64,000 nucleotides of DNA, from the NCBI GenBank assembly GCA_026399375.1, contig JAPLRD010000036.1, forward strand, positions 2,078-66,077, read 5' to 3'. The position numbers and the translations under genes are program-made. The number at the start of each line of letters is the position of its first letter. Within the stretch, counting starts at the first letter, position 1. The DNA comes from Pseudomonadota bacterium. GTDB taxonomy: Bacteria > Pseudomonadota > Gammaproteobacteria > Burkholderiales > SG8-39. Shown here piece after piece: positions 36,469 to 47,868 of the stretch. The notes under the pieces were generated by a model. It was not told the DNA's origin. It ran no database searches and saw only the letters and a list, made by a program, of their open reading frames with translations.

Positions 36469-37334
36469 TGCAGATATTCGACTGCTGCCTGCTTGAATCC
36501 GTGCTTAACGGGCTGTTGCTCGGCGGTCTGCTGGCGCTGTTGTCCCTGGGACTCAACCTGGTGTTCGGTGTGATTGACGTCATCTGGATCTGCTATGCCG
36601 AGCTGATCATGATCGGTATGTATGCGATCTATTACTTCTACGTGGTGTTCGGCTGGCCTCTGCTTTTGGCGATGGCGGCGGGAGTAGCGCTGGTGGCAGC
36701 CGCCGGGGTGGTTCTGCACCAGTTCGTCATCCGTCCGGTGCTCTCAGCCGAACCGATCAACCAGCTGCTGGTCACGGGGGGCGTGCTGTTCTTCCTGCAG
36801 GCTGCGGCCACGCTTGCGTTCGGCATCGAATTCAAGAATATCGGCGTGACCTTCCCGCCCATCGTCGTCGGCGACATCTCGTTTTCCATGCCGAGGCTGA
36901 TCGCTTTCGGCGTCGCGCTGGCCGGTATGCTGGCGATGTATCTGTTCCTCACGCGCACCTATATGGGCACCGCGATTCGCGCCATCAGCCAGGACCGGGC
37001 GATCATGCCCTTAATGGGCGTGAATCCGGACCGCATCTTCATCATCACCTCGGCCTTGGGCGGAGCGTTGGCGGGCCTCGCTTCCTGTCTGCTTGTGCTG
37101 CAGTACGACATCCACCCGGCGATCGGCCTGTCGTTCGGGCCGATCACCTTCCTCATCTGCGTGCTCGGCGGCCTCGGAAACATGGTGGGCGGCTTCATCG
37201 CCGCCTTCATTTTCGCGCAATTCATTTCCGTGGGCGGGTTCTTCCTCGCGGTCGAATGGGGCTATGTCATCGCCTTCCTGTTCTTCATCGCGGTGATGTT
37301 CTGGCGCCCGCAGGGCATCTGGGGAGGCAAGTAG
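36468..37334 (+). CDS. HAAT-family ABC transporter permease (LivH-like)
   Basis: 288 aa polytopic membrane protein. The start overlaps the upstream stop (TGATG). Confidence 0.9.
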
Positions 37335-37335
37335 C

Positions 37336-38325
37336 ATGATGCGCACCCTGCCCTGGATCGGCCTCGCCGCACTGGCGGCGGCGCCGCTTATCGGCATCGG
37401 CAACTACCCCCTGCACATGCTGATTCAAGTCCTGCTGTGGGGGTTCGTCTACACCGGCTGGTCGGTCATGGGACGGCTGGGCATGGTGAGTTTCGGTCAC
37501 GGCGCTTTCCTCGGCATCGGCGCCTACGTTGTCGTCATGGGCTGGAACCACTATGGGCTGACGCCGTGGATCGGGCTGCCGATCGCGCTCGCGCTCACTG
37601 CGGTCGTGGCCTTTCTCATCGGCTATCCGTGCTTTCGATTCAAGATCGTCGGCCACTATTTCGCGCTGGTGACACTCGCCCTGTCGGAGGTTGCGCGGCT
37701 GCTCATCGTGGCGATGCGAGACCAGACAGGCGGCTCGCTCGGCGTCACGCCCAAGACTGCCCTGACGGACTCGACTTATTCGCTCGTCGCGCTGCAGTTC
37801 TCCAATAAACTGGTCTGGTTCTACATCGTACTAGCCATCTGGCTCGCCGGCCTGTGGGTATGGAAGAAAGTCGACCAGAGCATGGGACGGCTTGCGCTGG
37901 AGGCGATCAGCCAGGAGGAGGACGCCGCCGCTTCGATCGGCATCAACGTCACCCGGCTGAAGCTTGGGGTGACGCTGATCTCCGCGCTGATGACCTGCGT
38001 CGGCGGCGCGCTCTACGCGCAGTACCAGGCTTACGTCAATCCGGACACGGTCTCCGGCATCGGCATCAGCCTGCAGATGGTGTTCGGGGTGATTGCCGGC
38101 GGCATGTACGTGCGTCTCGGACCGACCGTTGGAGCCGCGTTCACGCTGCTGCTTGCCGAGGGGCTGCGCCTGATGTTCGGCAACAGCATGCATGCACTGG
38201 ACAGCACCATCTACGGCCTGATGCTGGTTCTGTTCATCATCTACATGCCGAAGGGAATACTTGGAGGGGCGCTGGATGCAATCCAGCGCAAGAAGCCCGA
38301 GGCCGCCGGCGCGCTTCGCGCCTGA
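37336..38325 (+). CDS. HAAT-family ABC transporter permease (LivM-like)
   Basis: 329 aa polytopic membrane protein. It begins 2 nt after the upstream permease gene. Confidence 0.9.
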   Translation: MMRTLPWIGLAALAAAPLIGIGNYPLHMLIQVLLWGFVYTGWSVMGRLGMVSFGHGAFLGIGAYVVVMGWNHYGLTPWIGLPIALALTAVVAFLIGYPCFRFKIVGHYFALVTLALSEVARLLIVAMRDQTGGSLGVTPKTALTDSTYSLVALQFSNKLVWFYIVLAIWLAGLWVWKKVDQSMGRLALEAISQEEDAAASIGINVTRLKLGVTLISALMTCVGGALYAQYQAYVNPDTVSGIGISLQMVFGVIAGGMYVRLGPTVGAAFTLLLAEGLRLMFGNSMHALDSTIYGLMLVLFIIYMPKGILGGALDAIQRKKPEAAGALRA

Positions 38326-38344
38326 GCCTCAATTGAATTCGGGC

Positions 38345-38974
38345 TTAACGCAAACCGGCGACGTAATCCGCGACGGCCTGGATTTCGCGGTCGGAGAGTT
38401 TCGCCGCCTGGGTGCGCATGCTGTTGTTGGGGTCGTTGGCGCGCTCACCTGAACGGAAACCCTTGAGCTGAGTCTCGACATACTCGGCATGCTGGCCGGA
38501 CAGACGGGGATACTGCGACGGCATGCCCGCGCCGTTCGGACCATGGCACGAAGCGCAGGCCGCGACGCCCTTGCTGGCGATACCGCCGCGGTAGATTTTC
38601 TGCCCCAGAGCGACCAGGTCTTTGCTTTTTGCGGTCCCGGGCTTCGCCGTCTGAGCGGAGAAATAAACGGCCAGATTGCGCATGTCATCGGGCGAAAGGT
38701 TGGCTACCATCCCTGCCATCACCGGGTTGGCGCGTTCCGCTTTTTTCCCACCGGCGGCTTTGAAATTCACCAGCTGCTTGTGCAGATATTCCGGAATCTG
38801 TCCGGCCAGCTTGGGGTTGGCCGCGATCATGCTGTTGCCGTCGGCCGCGTGGCAGGCGGCGCAGACCTGGTTCACTATGGCTTGCGCCTTGGCGCCATCC
38901 CCTTTGAATGGCGGCTCTGCGGCAACGGCCGCTACCGCAGCAAACATAGTGGTGATCGCCATGATGCGTTTCAT
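38345..38974 (-). CDS. Diheme cytochrome c4
   Basis: It has a signal peptide and two CXXCH motifs (CAACHAADG, CASCHGPNG), each with a downstream Met ligand region. It is divergent from engB, as in many proteobacteria. Confidence 0.9.
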   Translation of the reverse strand: MKRIMAITTMFAAVAAVAAEPPFKGDGAKAQAIVNQVCAACHAADGNSMIAANPKLAGQIPEYLHKQLVNFKAAGGKKAERANPVMAGMVANLSPDDMRNLAVYFSAQTAKPGTAKSKDLVALGQKIYRGGIASKGVAACASCHGPNGAGMPSQYPRLSGQHAEYVETQLKGFRSGERANDPNNSMRTQAAKLSDREIQAVADYVAGLR

Positions 38975-39036
38975 GCTTCCGCTCCTAGAACCTGAGTCTG
39001 TTGCAAAAGCTGATATTCTAGCTGACTTTAGAGCAT

Positions 39037-39675
39037 TTGGTCCCCATCGTCATGTCGTTGTTCCGCGGCGCCACGTTCTACATCACAGCGCATCACCTCA
39101 GCGATCTGCCGCCTCCGCTGGGCCCCGAAATTGCCTTCGCCGGACGTTCCAACGCGGGCAAGTCGAGTGCGATCAACACGCTTGTCGATCATAACCGCCT
39201 CGCATTCGTCAGCAAGACGCCCGGGCGCACGCAGCAGATCAATTTTTTCAGCCTGCCCGGCGGTGCGTTCCTGGTGGACTTGCCGGGCTACGGCTATGCC
39301 AAGGTGCAGCGCGAACTGCGCGCGCATTGGGAGCAGCTGCTTTCGACTTATCTGCAGACGCGCGGCTCGCTCTTCGGCATGGTTCTGATCATGGATTCGC
39401 GCCATCCGCTGACTCCGCTTGACCGGCAGATGCTCGGCTGGTTTGCTGCCACCGGAAAGCCTGTGCACGTGCTCTTGTCAAAAGCGGACAAGCTGACGCG
39501 GCAGGAAGGAATGAAAACATTGCGCGAAGTGCGCAGTGAGCTGCACAAGTATGCTGACAATTACACGACACAGCTCTTTTCCAGCATGAAGAAGCAAGGC
39601 ATGGAAGAGGCGGAGGGGATCATCGGCGGCTGGCTTGGGATCACGCCCGAAAGCACAAAAAAAGCCCCCGGCTAA
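39037..39675 (+). CDS. engB: Ribosome biogenesis GTP-binding protein YihA/EngB
   Basis: G1 motif [14 protein letters not shown] plus DLPGYGYA and SKADK. An alternative start at MSLFRG (39052) is possible. Confidence 0.92.
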   Translation: MVPIVMSLFRGATFYITAHHLSDLPPPLGPEIAFAGRSNAGKSSAINTLVDHNRLAFVSKTPGRTQQINFFSLPGGAFLVDLPGYGYAKVQRELRAHWEQLLSTYLQTRGSLFGMVLIMDSRHPLTPLDRQMLGWFAATGKPVHVLLSKADKLTRQEGMKTLREVRSELHKYADNYTTQLFSSMKKQGMEEAEGIIGGWLGITPESTKKAPG

Positions 39676-39839
39676 AGGGGATTAAGGCCGGGGGCGAGAA
39701 CGCCTTAAACAGGGTTAAGGCACCCGCTCAGGGAGGAAAAGCGGGAGATGGCCGTAGCCAGCTATAACTAGGATTCAGTATCATTGAAAAAGTTTCCGAA
39801 TTCCCGCTGTTGGATTTGGCTGGCTTTTTAACATGTTGA

Positions 39840-40865
<1,026 letters not shown>

Positions 40866-40923
40866 TTACCTCGCAGCTTTAGAGGATCAAGGACCACTGT
40901 TTCCTCGATCTTGTCGCAATCCC

Positions 40924-41760
40924 TCAACCAAAAACGACCGCCACGCCGTGCGCCTCCGCGGCACCGAGGGCAACCGATCCGTCGGGCATGCGCAGCGGAT
41001 GCAAACCGCCGGCGCGCAACGTCTTCTCCGCCGCATCGCGATCGGCGACGTGGATGAACAACGCCGCCATGAAAGGCTGGTGGCGCGCGCTGATCCAGAC
41101 ACCGGGCAGGCGCTTCGCCAGAGCGCGTTCGTCGACGACGGCGATGGGGATATCGCCGCTGTTGACCAGCAATCCCTCGGGTATGGCCTTTGCCTTCACA
41201 TCGAACAGGCGTTCGTATGCCGCCGCCGTAGCCGCGACTTCGCTGCTGAGGATGACGATCGCGGCCAGGCCGGTCGCCGTGTTGGCGTGCATCTGATATT
41301 CAGGCCGCCAGACTACGTCGCGGGTAAAATGTTGGCACAAGAACAACTGACCGCCGGGTGTGTGCTCCAGGCCAAGCTGAGTAATGCGAAAGGACGCGTT
41401 CTTCGTGCCCTCGGCAAGCTGCACCGGACGGGAGAAATCGACCGGCTCCGACGGTGCCAGCGCCGCCGCGGTAAGCTCGCCGTAGGCGCCGCGCGCATTT
41501 TCGGTCTTGAGCGCGATCGCGGCCAGACCGTCGCCGATCCGGGCAAAGTCATAGTAGTACTCGCGACCGGGCAGGCGCTGCGGCACCATAAGCAATTCGA
41601 AATAATCCTGGCCAAACATGACGCAGTGGTTCTGCGAGCCCAGCGTATGGTGCCCGCGGGGCGTCAGGGTGAATCCCATGCGCCGGAAACTGCCCTCGAT
41701 CGAATCGAGGTCGCGCGCGGTGATGACGACGTGGTCTATGCCTTTGACGTGTTTTCTCAC
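40924..41760 (-). CDS. VOC/glyoxalase-like domain protein
   Basis: 278 aa. The start IDHVVITARDLD..FTLTPRGHH and overall layout resemble tandem glyoxalase-like domains. Function unknown. Confidence 0.65.
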   Translation of the reverse strand: MRKHVKGIDHVVITARDLDSIEGSFRRMGFTLTPRGHHTLGSQNHCVMFGQDYFELLMVPQRLPGREYYYDFARIGDGLAAIALKTENARGAYGELTAAALAPSEPVDFSRPVQLAEGTKNASFRITQLGLEHTPGGQLFLCQHFTRDVVWRPEYQMHANTATGLAAIVILSSEVAATAAAYERLFDVKAKAIPEGLLVNSGDIPIAVVDERALAKRLPGVWISARHQPFMAALFIHVADRDAAEKTLRAGGLHPLRMPDGSVALGAAEAHGVAVVFG

Positions 41761-41899
41761 GGTTGTTCTCTTTTTTCTGCGAACGCGCCATTATAATTGC
41801 GTTGGCGCCGGATGCAGAGAGCCTGGGGCGCCAAAGACGAAATATCTGTCAAAGTTCGACTATTAAGTAAGCACTTCTTGTCCCGAAAAGGAGCGCCAC

Positions 41900-43069
41900 A
41901 TGGCGATTTTGGAAAAAATCAGCGCATTGCACGGAGAAATGGCCGAATGGCGGCACGACATCCATGCGCACCCGGAAACGGCGTTCGAAGAGGAGCGCAC
42001 CTCTGCTCTGGTGGCGAAAAAGCTCGAATCCTTCGGCCTGCGCGTGCATACCGGCCTGGGTCGTACGGGAGTGGTGGGCACGCTGTCGGCCGGCTCGGGT
42101 AATCGGGCCATAGGCTTGCGCGCGGACATGGACGCGCTGCACATTCTCGAGCAGAACGGATTCGAACACCGCTCGCGGCATGACGGGAAGATGCACGCCT
42201 GCGGGCACGACGGCCATACCTCGATGCTGCTGGGCGCGGCCAAATATCTGGCCGGCACCAAGAACTTCGATGGCACGGTGCACTTCATTTTCCAGCCTGC
42301 CGAGGAAAACGAGGGCGGCGGCCGCGAAATGGTGGAGCAGGGCCTGTTCGACAAGTTCCCGTGCGATTCGGTATACGGCATGCACAACTGGCCCGGCATG
42401 CCGGTCGGCCAGTTTGGGGTGCGACCCGGGCCGATGATGGCCTCGTACGATATTTTCGAAATCGAATTGACCGGGCGCGGTTGCCATGCCGCCATGCCGC
42501 ATACGGGTATCGACCCAGTGGTGGCCACAGCGGCGCTGATACAGGCGCTTCAGACCATTCCGAGCCGCAATGTGGACCCGATCGAATCAGCGGTCGTCAG
42601 CGTCACGCAAATACACGCCGGCGACACCTGGAACGTCATTCCCAACGCGGCCGTTCTTCGCGGCACCACGCGCGCGTTCAAGCCGGAAGTGCAGGACATG
42701 TTGGAGCGCCGCATGCGCGAAATTTGCGCCGGCATCGCCAGCGCCTACGGTACCGAGGTCAAGGTGCGTTATGAACGCCGATATCCGCCCACGGTCAATG
42801 CGGTGCGCGAAACCGAAATCTGCGCATCGGTGCTGGAGCGCATGGTCGGGGCCGAGAACGTCGCCAGGGTGCCGCCGGTGATGGGCTCGGAAGACTTCGC
42901 CTTCATGCTGCAGGTCAAGGCGGGCTGCTATGTTTTCGTCGGCAACGGCCCGGGCGAGGGCGGCTGCATGCTGCATAATCCGCACTACGATTTCAACGAC
43001 GCGATACTGCCCATAGGCGCAAGCTACTGGGCGAATCTGGTGGAACACGTCTTGGCAGCGCGCGCGTAA
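41900..43069 (+). CDS. M20D family amidohydrolase (aminoacylase/hippurate hydrolase-like)
   Basis: ..WRHDIHAHPE..FEE..T, ACGHDGHT, and the GRGCHAAMPH and GSEDFAFM motifs. 389 aa. Confidence 0.88.
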   Translation: MAILEKISALHGEMAEWRHDIHAHPETAFEEERTSALVAKKLESFGLRVHTGLGRTGVVGTLSAGSGNRAIGLRADMDALHILEQNGFEHRSRHDGKMHACGHDGHTSMLLGAAKYLAGTKNFDGTVHFIFQPAEENEGGGREMVEQGLFDKFPCDSVYGMHNWPGMPVGQFGVRPGPMMASYDIFEIELTGRGCHAAMPHTGIDPVVATAALIQALQTIPSRNVDPIESAVVSVTQIHAGDTWNVIPNAAVLRGTTRAFKPEVQDMLERRMREICAGIASAYGTEVKVRYERRYPPTVNAVRETEICASVLERMVGAENVARVPPVMGSEDFAFMLQVKAGCYVFVGNGPGEGGCMLHNPHYDFNDAILPIGASYWANLVEHVLAARA

Positions 43070-43114
43070 TCGGCGCCGGTCCCGCGCACGCCATCATCGA
43101 AAGGCAGGCAAACA

Positions 43115-43594
43115 ATGGGCAAAGTGGAATTGCGTTTGAAAGAACTGGGCATCGCGCTGCCACGCCCGCCGAAGGCCGTGGCGAACTATCTCGCCGGCGT
43201 CAAGGTGGGCGAGATCCTCTACGTTGCCGGCACCGTCGGCACCGTGGTCAACGAAAAGGACGAGGACGTACTGACCATCAAGGGCAAGCTCGGACGCGAG
43301 TTGACGGTCGAGCAGGGCTATCAGTCGGCACGCTACATGGCCATCAATCACCTGGCCATGATGAAAGCCGTGATCGGCGACCTCGACCGGATCGTGCGCA
43401 TCATCAAGATGGTGGGCTATGTCAACGCCGCGCCCGGATTTCGCGAAGCCCCCTGGGTCCTGAACGGCGCCTCTGATCTGTACGTCCAGATCTGGGGCGA
43501 GAACGGCAAGCACGCCCGTGCTGCGCTGTATCAGAACGAACTGACATACGACGCACCGATCGAGGCCGACCTCGAAGTGCAAGTATTACCTTAA
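43115..43594 (+). CDS. RidA/YjgF family protein
   Basis: 159 aa with the RidA-like pattern ..LYVAGTVG.. and C-terminal ..PIEADLEV. Confidence 0.8.
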   Translation: MGKVELRLKELGIALPRPPKAVANYLAGVKVGEILYVAGTVGTVVNEKDEDVLTIKGKLGRELTVEQGYQSARYMAINHLAMMKAVIGDLDRIVRIIKMVGYVNAAPGFREAPWVLNGASDLYVQIWGENGKHARAALYQNELTYDAPIEADLEVQVLP

Positions 43595-43615
43595 ATATCA
43601 AAAAAAGGATTCACC

Positions 43616-44599
43616 ATGCTCTATATCGACCACGGCAAAGGCGGTCCCGCCGATGTTCTGAAACCGGCTGAAGGACCGGTGCCCCAGCCGCAGGCAGGCG
43701 AAGTTGTCATCGAGGTCCATTACGCGGGCGTCAACCGCCCGGACGTATTGCAGCGATCCGGCAGCTATCCGCCGCCGCCGGGCGCCTCGCCCTTTGTCGG
43801 CCTGGAAGTCGCGGGCCGCATTTCCGCGATCGCGCCCGACGTGAAACAGTGGAAAATTGGCGACCTCGTGTGTGCGCTCACCCCGGGCGGCGGTTACGCC
43901 GAATACTGCGCGGTGCCGGCGCCGCATTGCCTGCCCATCCCCAGGGGCCTGTCGGTGAAGGAAGCCGCCGCCCTGCCGGAGAATTTCTTCACGGTATGGA
44001 CCAACGTGTTCGATCGCGGCCGGTTGCAGGCAGGGGAAACCATTCTGATTCACGGCGGCTCCAGCGGCATCGGCCTCACCGCGATCCAATTGGCCAAGAC
44101 CTTCGGCGCCACGGTCTATACCACGGTCGGAAACAAGGAGAAAGTGGAGTTCTGCAGGAAGATCGGGGCGGACGCGGCCATCAATTACCGCGAACAGGAT
44201 TTTGTGGCGGAAGTCGCGCAGCTCACCGACAAGAAGGGCGTTGAACTCATCCTCGACATGGTGGGCGGCCCCTACATCGAAAGGAATCTCAAGTCACTGG
44301 CACTGGAAGGCCGCCTGGTGCAGATCGCTTTCCTCCAGCCAAGCAAAGTCGAACTGGATTGCCTGCCGATCATGATCAAGCGCTTGACGGTCACCGGCTC
44401 TACCCTGCGTCCGCGCACCGTGGCGCAGAAGGCGGCGATCGCGCAGGATTTGCTGAAGAAAGTCTGGCCGCTGCTCGAATCAGGCAAGGTCAAACCGGTG
44501 ATCCACGCCACGTTTGCGCTGAAGGACGCGAAGCTCGCGCATGAACTCATGGAGTCGAGCAAGCACATCGGCAAGATCATGCTGGAGGTCAAGAAATAG
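43616..44599 (+). CDS. NAD(P)H:quinone oxidoreductase (zinc-independent MDR family, PIG3/Qor-like)
   Basis: GVNRPDVLQRSGSYPPPPGASP and ILIHGGSSGIGLTAIQLAK are present. 327 aa. Confidence 0.88.
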   Translation: MLYIDHGKGGPADVLKPAEGPVPQPQAGEVVIEVHYAGVNRPDVLQRSGSYPPPPGASPFVGLEVAGRISAIAPDVKQWKIGDLVCALTPGGGYAEYCAVPAPHCLPIPRGLSVKEAAALPENFFTVWTNVFDRGRLQAGETILIHGGSSGIGLTAIQLAKTFGATVYTTVGNKEKVEFCRKIGADAAINYREQDFVAEVAQLTDKKGVELILDMVGGPYIERNLKSLALEGRLVQIAFLQPSKVELDCLPIMIKRLTVTGSTLRPRTVAQKAAIAQDLLKKVWPLLESGKVKPVIHATFALKDAKLAHELMESSKHIGKIMLEVKK

Positions 44600-44704
44600 A
44601 CCCTCGAATGCGGTGAGGAAGCTTCGAACTGCAGCGCTCGACCTGCGCGGACGACGACCGCGTCCGCGCGGAGCGCGCGATGGCCGCGCCGGTGCGGCCG
44701 GAAA

Positions 44705-46477
44705 TCAGACGCCCGGAATTCGATTCAGCGTGGAAAGAAAGGCGTCCGCCGCCTGGTAACCGATCACCCGCAGTCCGGGAATCTCTTTTCCCTGACGATC
44801 GAAGAAGACGATGCCCGGCGGACCGAATAGATTGAAGCGCTTGAGCAGGGCCTTGTCCTCGGACGAATTCGCCGTCACATCCACCTGCAGCAACAGCACC
44901 TGTTCCAGTTTCGCTTTCACCTTTGCATCGGTAAAGGTGAAAGCCTCCATTTCCTTGCAGGATACGCACCAGTCGGCGTAGAAATCCAGCATCACCGGTT
45001 TGCCGGCCGCCGCTATGGCGGCGTCTAGTTCGGCAAGATTCTTGATGCGCAGGAATTTCGCCGGCTGCGCACTGCGCTCGCCGCCCGCCGTCAACCCGGC
45101 CAGCGGCTGCAGCACATCGCGGCTGCCCGAAAGCGCCCCGATCGCGAGCGCCGCACCGGCGAGCAGCGCGAGAAAGCCCACGCCTTTCCAAAGACGGGTG
45201 GCGGTTCCCGCCGCAGGCGGCAAAGGATCGATCGCGCGCAACGCCATGGCGGAGCCGATCAGCAAGGCGGCCCATGCCAGCATTTGCGCAGCCGGCGGCA
45301 GCACCGGTGACACAATCCAGATCGCCACGGCGAGCAGCAGCACGCCGAAAAAATGTTTGACCGAATTCATCCAGCGGCCCGACTTGGGCAGAAACTCCCC
45401 TTCGAATACACCGACCAGAATCAGCGGCACGCCCATGCCGATCGACATGGCAAACAAGGCGATGCCGCCGAGCACCACGTCGCGCGTCTGGCTGATGTAA
45501 AGCAGCGCACCGGCCAAAGGCGCAGCCACGCAGGGGCTGACGATGGCGGCGGACAGCACGCCCATCAGCACCACCGCGCCGAAGTGCCCGCCCTTGAGCC
45601 GGCTGCTTCTTTCGGCAAGCTTCGTGTGAAAAACCGAGGGCAGCTGCAGTTCGTACAGGCCGAACATCGACAGCGACAGCAATACGAACACTGCCGCAAA
45701 AGCCGACAGCACCCAGGGATTCTGCAGCGCCGCCGACAGCAGGCTGCCCGAAAGGGCGGCGCCGATGCCGATCGCAGTATAGGTGACGGACATGCCGAGC
45801 ACATAGGCGAAGGACAGCGTGAACGCGCGGGTTCGCGTCGCGTTTCGTCCTTCACCAACGATGATGCCCGACAGGATGGGGATCATCGGCAGAACGCAAG
45901 GCGTGAACGTCAGCAGGACGCCGGCACCGAAAAATGCCGCGGCAATCAGCCACAGGCTGCCCGAGGCAAGCAAGCGCTCGAAGCGCGCCTCATCGCCGAT
46001 TTCGCCACCGGCGGCGGATGCCATCAGCGCCGCGGCCGGCGGCAGCGAAGCATCGACCGCGACCAGCGCCGTCTGCACCTGCGGGACATAGCACACGCCG
46101 ACGTCGGCGCAACCCTGGGACGTGACCGACAACTTGAGCTTGGTCCCGCCGGCATCCTGGGCAAGTGGCAGGCGGATGCGCACCTCCTTGCGGTAGGTTT
46201 CGACTTTCCCGAAGAATTCGTCGTTGTGCACATCGCCCTTGGGAAACTGCGCCTCGCCCAATTGCACGCTGGCGGGCTCGATCGCGAACTTGAACTTGTC
46301 GCGATACATGTAATAGCCCTTGGCGATCTGATAACGCACTTCCAGCGTTTTAGTATCCAGTGCCTGGGCGGAGAACTTGAATGCCACCGCCGGGTCGAGC
46401 AGCTCCTGCGCGCCGGCAGGCCCGGACAGGGCGAACGACAACAGCAGGAAGCAGATTCGGTACAGGTTGTTTCGCAT
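44705..46477 (-). CDS. dsbD: Thiol:disulfide interchange protein DsbD
   Basis: Start at MRNNLYRICFLLL (ATG at 46477, just after the cutA stop). TM cysteines CVLPMIP and SPCVAAPL, with a C-terminal thioredoxin motif WCVSCK. Confidence 0.92.
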   Translation of the reverse strand: MRNNLYRICFLLLSFALSGPAGAQELLDPAVAFKFSAQALDTKTLEVRYQIAKGYYMYRDKFKFAIEPASVQLGEAQFPKGDVHNDEFFGKVETYRKEVRIRLPLAQDAGGTKLKLSVTSQGCADVGVCYVPQVQTALVAVDASLPPAAALMASAAGGEIGDEARFERLLASGSLWLIAAAFFGAGVLLTFTPCVLPMIPILSGIIVGEGRNATRTRAFTLSFAYVLGMSVTYTAIGIGAALSGSLLSAALQNPWVLSAFAAVFVLLSLSMFGLYELQLPSVFHTKLAERSSRLKGGHFGAVVLMGVLSAAIVSPCVAAPLAGALLYISQTRDVVLGGIALFAMSIGMGVPLILVGVFEGEFLPKSGRWMNSVKHFFGVLLLAVAIWIVSPVLPPAAQMLAWAALLIGSAMALRAIDPLPPAAGTATRLWKGVGFLALLAGAALAIGALSGSRDVLQPLAGLTAGGERSAQPAKFLRIKNLAELDAAIAAAGKPVMLDFYADWCVSCKEMEAFTFTDAKVKAKLEQVLLLQVDVTANSSEDKALLKRFNLFGPPGIVFFDRQGKEIPGLRVIGYQAADAFLSTLNRIPGV

Positions 46478-46485
46478 AATGGGGC

Positions 46486-46812
46486 TCAGGCCCGTTCGAC
46501 GTTCGTTTCGGATTCGACCCACCGAAGATAGTCGGGCAGGCCGCCAGTCACTGTGACCGCGATGATCTCCGGAAGTTCATAGGGATGGCTGGCACGGATC
46601 GATGCTTCGAGGTCGGCGTAGCGCCCTGCGGTCGTTTTGATCAGCAAAGGATGCTCTTCGTCATGCTGCACTTCGTCCTGCCAGCGGTACACCGAAGTGC
46701 AGGGTGCGAGAATGTTGACGCAGGCGGCGAGGCGCTGCTCGATCAGCAGCGCAGCGAGTTTTTCCGCGCTTTCGCGATCGGGCAGATTGGTGATGACCAG
46801 CAGGGTATCCAT
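46486..46812 (-). CDS. cutA: Divalent-cation tolerance protein CutA
   Basis: 108 aa with ..RLAACVNI...SVYRWQ..V......L.IKT and ..HPYE.PEIIA. It lies upstream of dsbD, the classical arrangement. Confidence 0.9.
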   Translation of the reverse strand: MDTLLVITNLPDRESAEKLAALLIEQRLAACVNILAPCTSVYRWQDEVQHDEEHPLLIKTTAGRYADLEASIRASHPYELPEIIAVTVTGGLPDYLRWVESETNVERA

Positions 46813-46827
46813 AGTTTCGACCCGGCT

Positions 46828-47697
46828 TCAGGGCGCCACGCCGCGCGGCACGCCCTCGTGCACGCTGGGATAGCGCAGCCGTACACGCAGCTCGGCTTTC
46901 ATGCGCGTGTTGCTCAAGCGGCGCGATTCGCGCATGAACGACAGCAGCCCTTCGGAAATGGCGCCGGCCTCGGCCTCCGCGCGCGAAATCCGCGGCGGGC
47001 GCGGCAGCTGCGCGCGGTCGGCAACGAGATCGAAGTAGTCCCCCATCTTGATTTCGCCGTCGTCGCTCGCGTTGTAAGCACGGCCGGCCGCGCCGCGATC
47101 CAGCGCAACTTCGCAGATTGCGGCGAGATCGTCGGCGTGGATGTGATTGGTATAGACGTCGTCTTCGGCGCACATGACGGGTATGCCGCGCTTCAAATGC
47201 GCCAGCGGCAGCCGCTCGGCCGCATAGATCCCGGGAACGCGCAAGACCACCACGGCCGTCCCGGACTGCCCGCCCCAGGCAAGTAGCGAACATTCCGCAT
47301 CGACCCTGCGCACGGCGCGAAGATTCTGCGGCGCAAGCGGCCTCGCTTCGTCCACCCAGGCCCCGCCGCAGTCGCCGTAGACGCCGCTGGTGCTGATATA
47401 GACCAGGCGCTCGGGCGGTGCCGCCGAGAGCGCGGCGATCAGATTGGCACTGCGCCGGTCTCCCTCTCCGCTTTCACCCGGCGGCGCCAGATGCAATACC
47501 AGATCGGCGCGACCGCGAAGCGCCCGCAGAGTGGAAACGTCATCGAGATCGCCGACGATCGGCGTCGCACCGAGATTCGCGATCCGTTCGCCCTGTTCGA
47601 CTTTGCGCACGAGCCCGAAAACCCGGTAATTGCGCACGAGGCGGGGCAGTGCACGCAAGGCGATGTTGCCGCAGCCGACGATCAGCAGTTTCTTCAT
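46828..47697 (-). CDS. NAD-dependent epimerase/dehydratase family (SDR) protein
   Basis: Start at MKKLLIVGCGNIA (Rossmann fold). The track ORF extends upstream to 47847 without support. Confidence 0.8.
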   Translation of the reverse strand: MKKLLIVGCGNIALRALPRLVRNYRVFGLVRKVEQGERIANLGATPIVGDLDDVSTLRALRGRADLVLHLAPPGESGEGDRRSANLIAALSAAPPERLVYISTSGVYGDCGGAWVDEARPLAPQNLRAVRRVDAECSLLAWGGQSGTAVVVLRVPGIYAAERLPLAHLKRGIPVMCAEDDVYTNHIHADDLAAICEVALDRGAAGRAYNASDDGEIKMGDYFDLVADRAQLPRPPRISRAEAEAGAISEGLLSFMRESRRLSNTRMKAELRVRLRYPSVHEGVPRGVAP

Positions 47698-47812
47698 AGT
47701 AAAATTGTACCCGCTCTGTTCACGTCGTATCGGACCCCGTTGCAAAATGAATTTTGCGACGGGCCGAAATGGGGGAGTACGGGGCGAGGCGCCCGAAGGT
47801 CTCGTTCCCCCT

Positions 47813-47846
47813 TGAGGGGAAAGTCCCCTTGGGGAATTTCCCCTCA
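47813..47846. promoter_or_regulatory. 34-nt near-perfect palindrome upstream of the ferredoxin-reductase gene
   Basis: In TGAGGGGAAAGTCCCCTTGGGGAATTTCCCCTCA, 15 of 16 positions pair about the centre. It ends 22 nt before the ATG at 47869, in a divergent intergenic region. Confidence 0.4.
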
Positions 47847-47868
47847 TATCGAATCAGGTTATTTGCCC

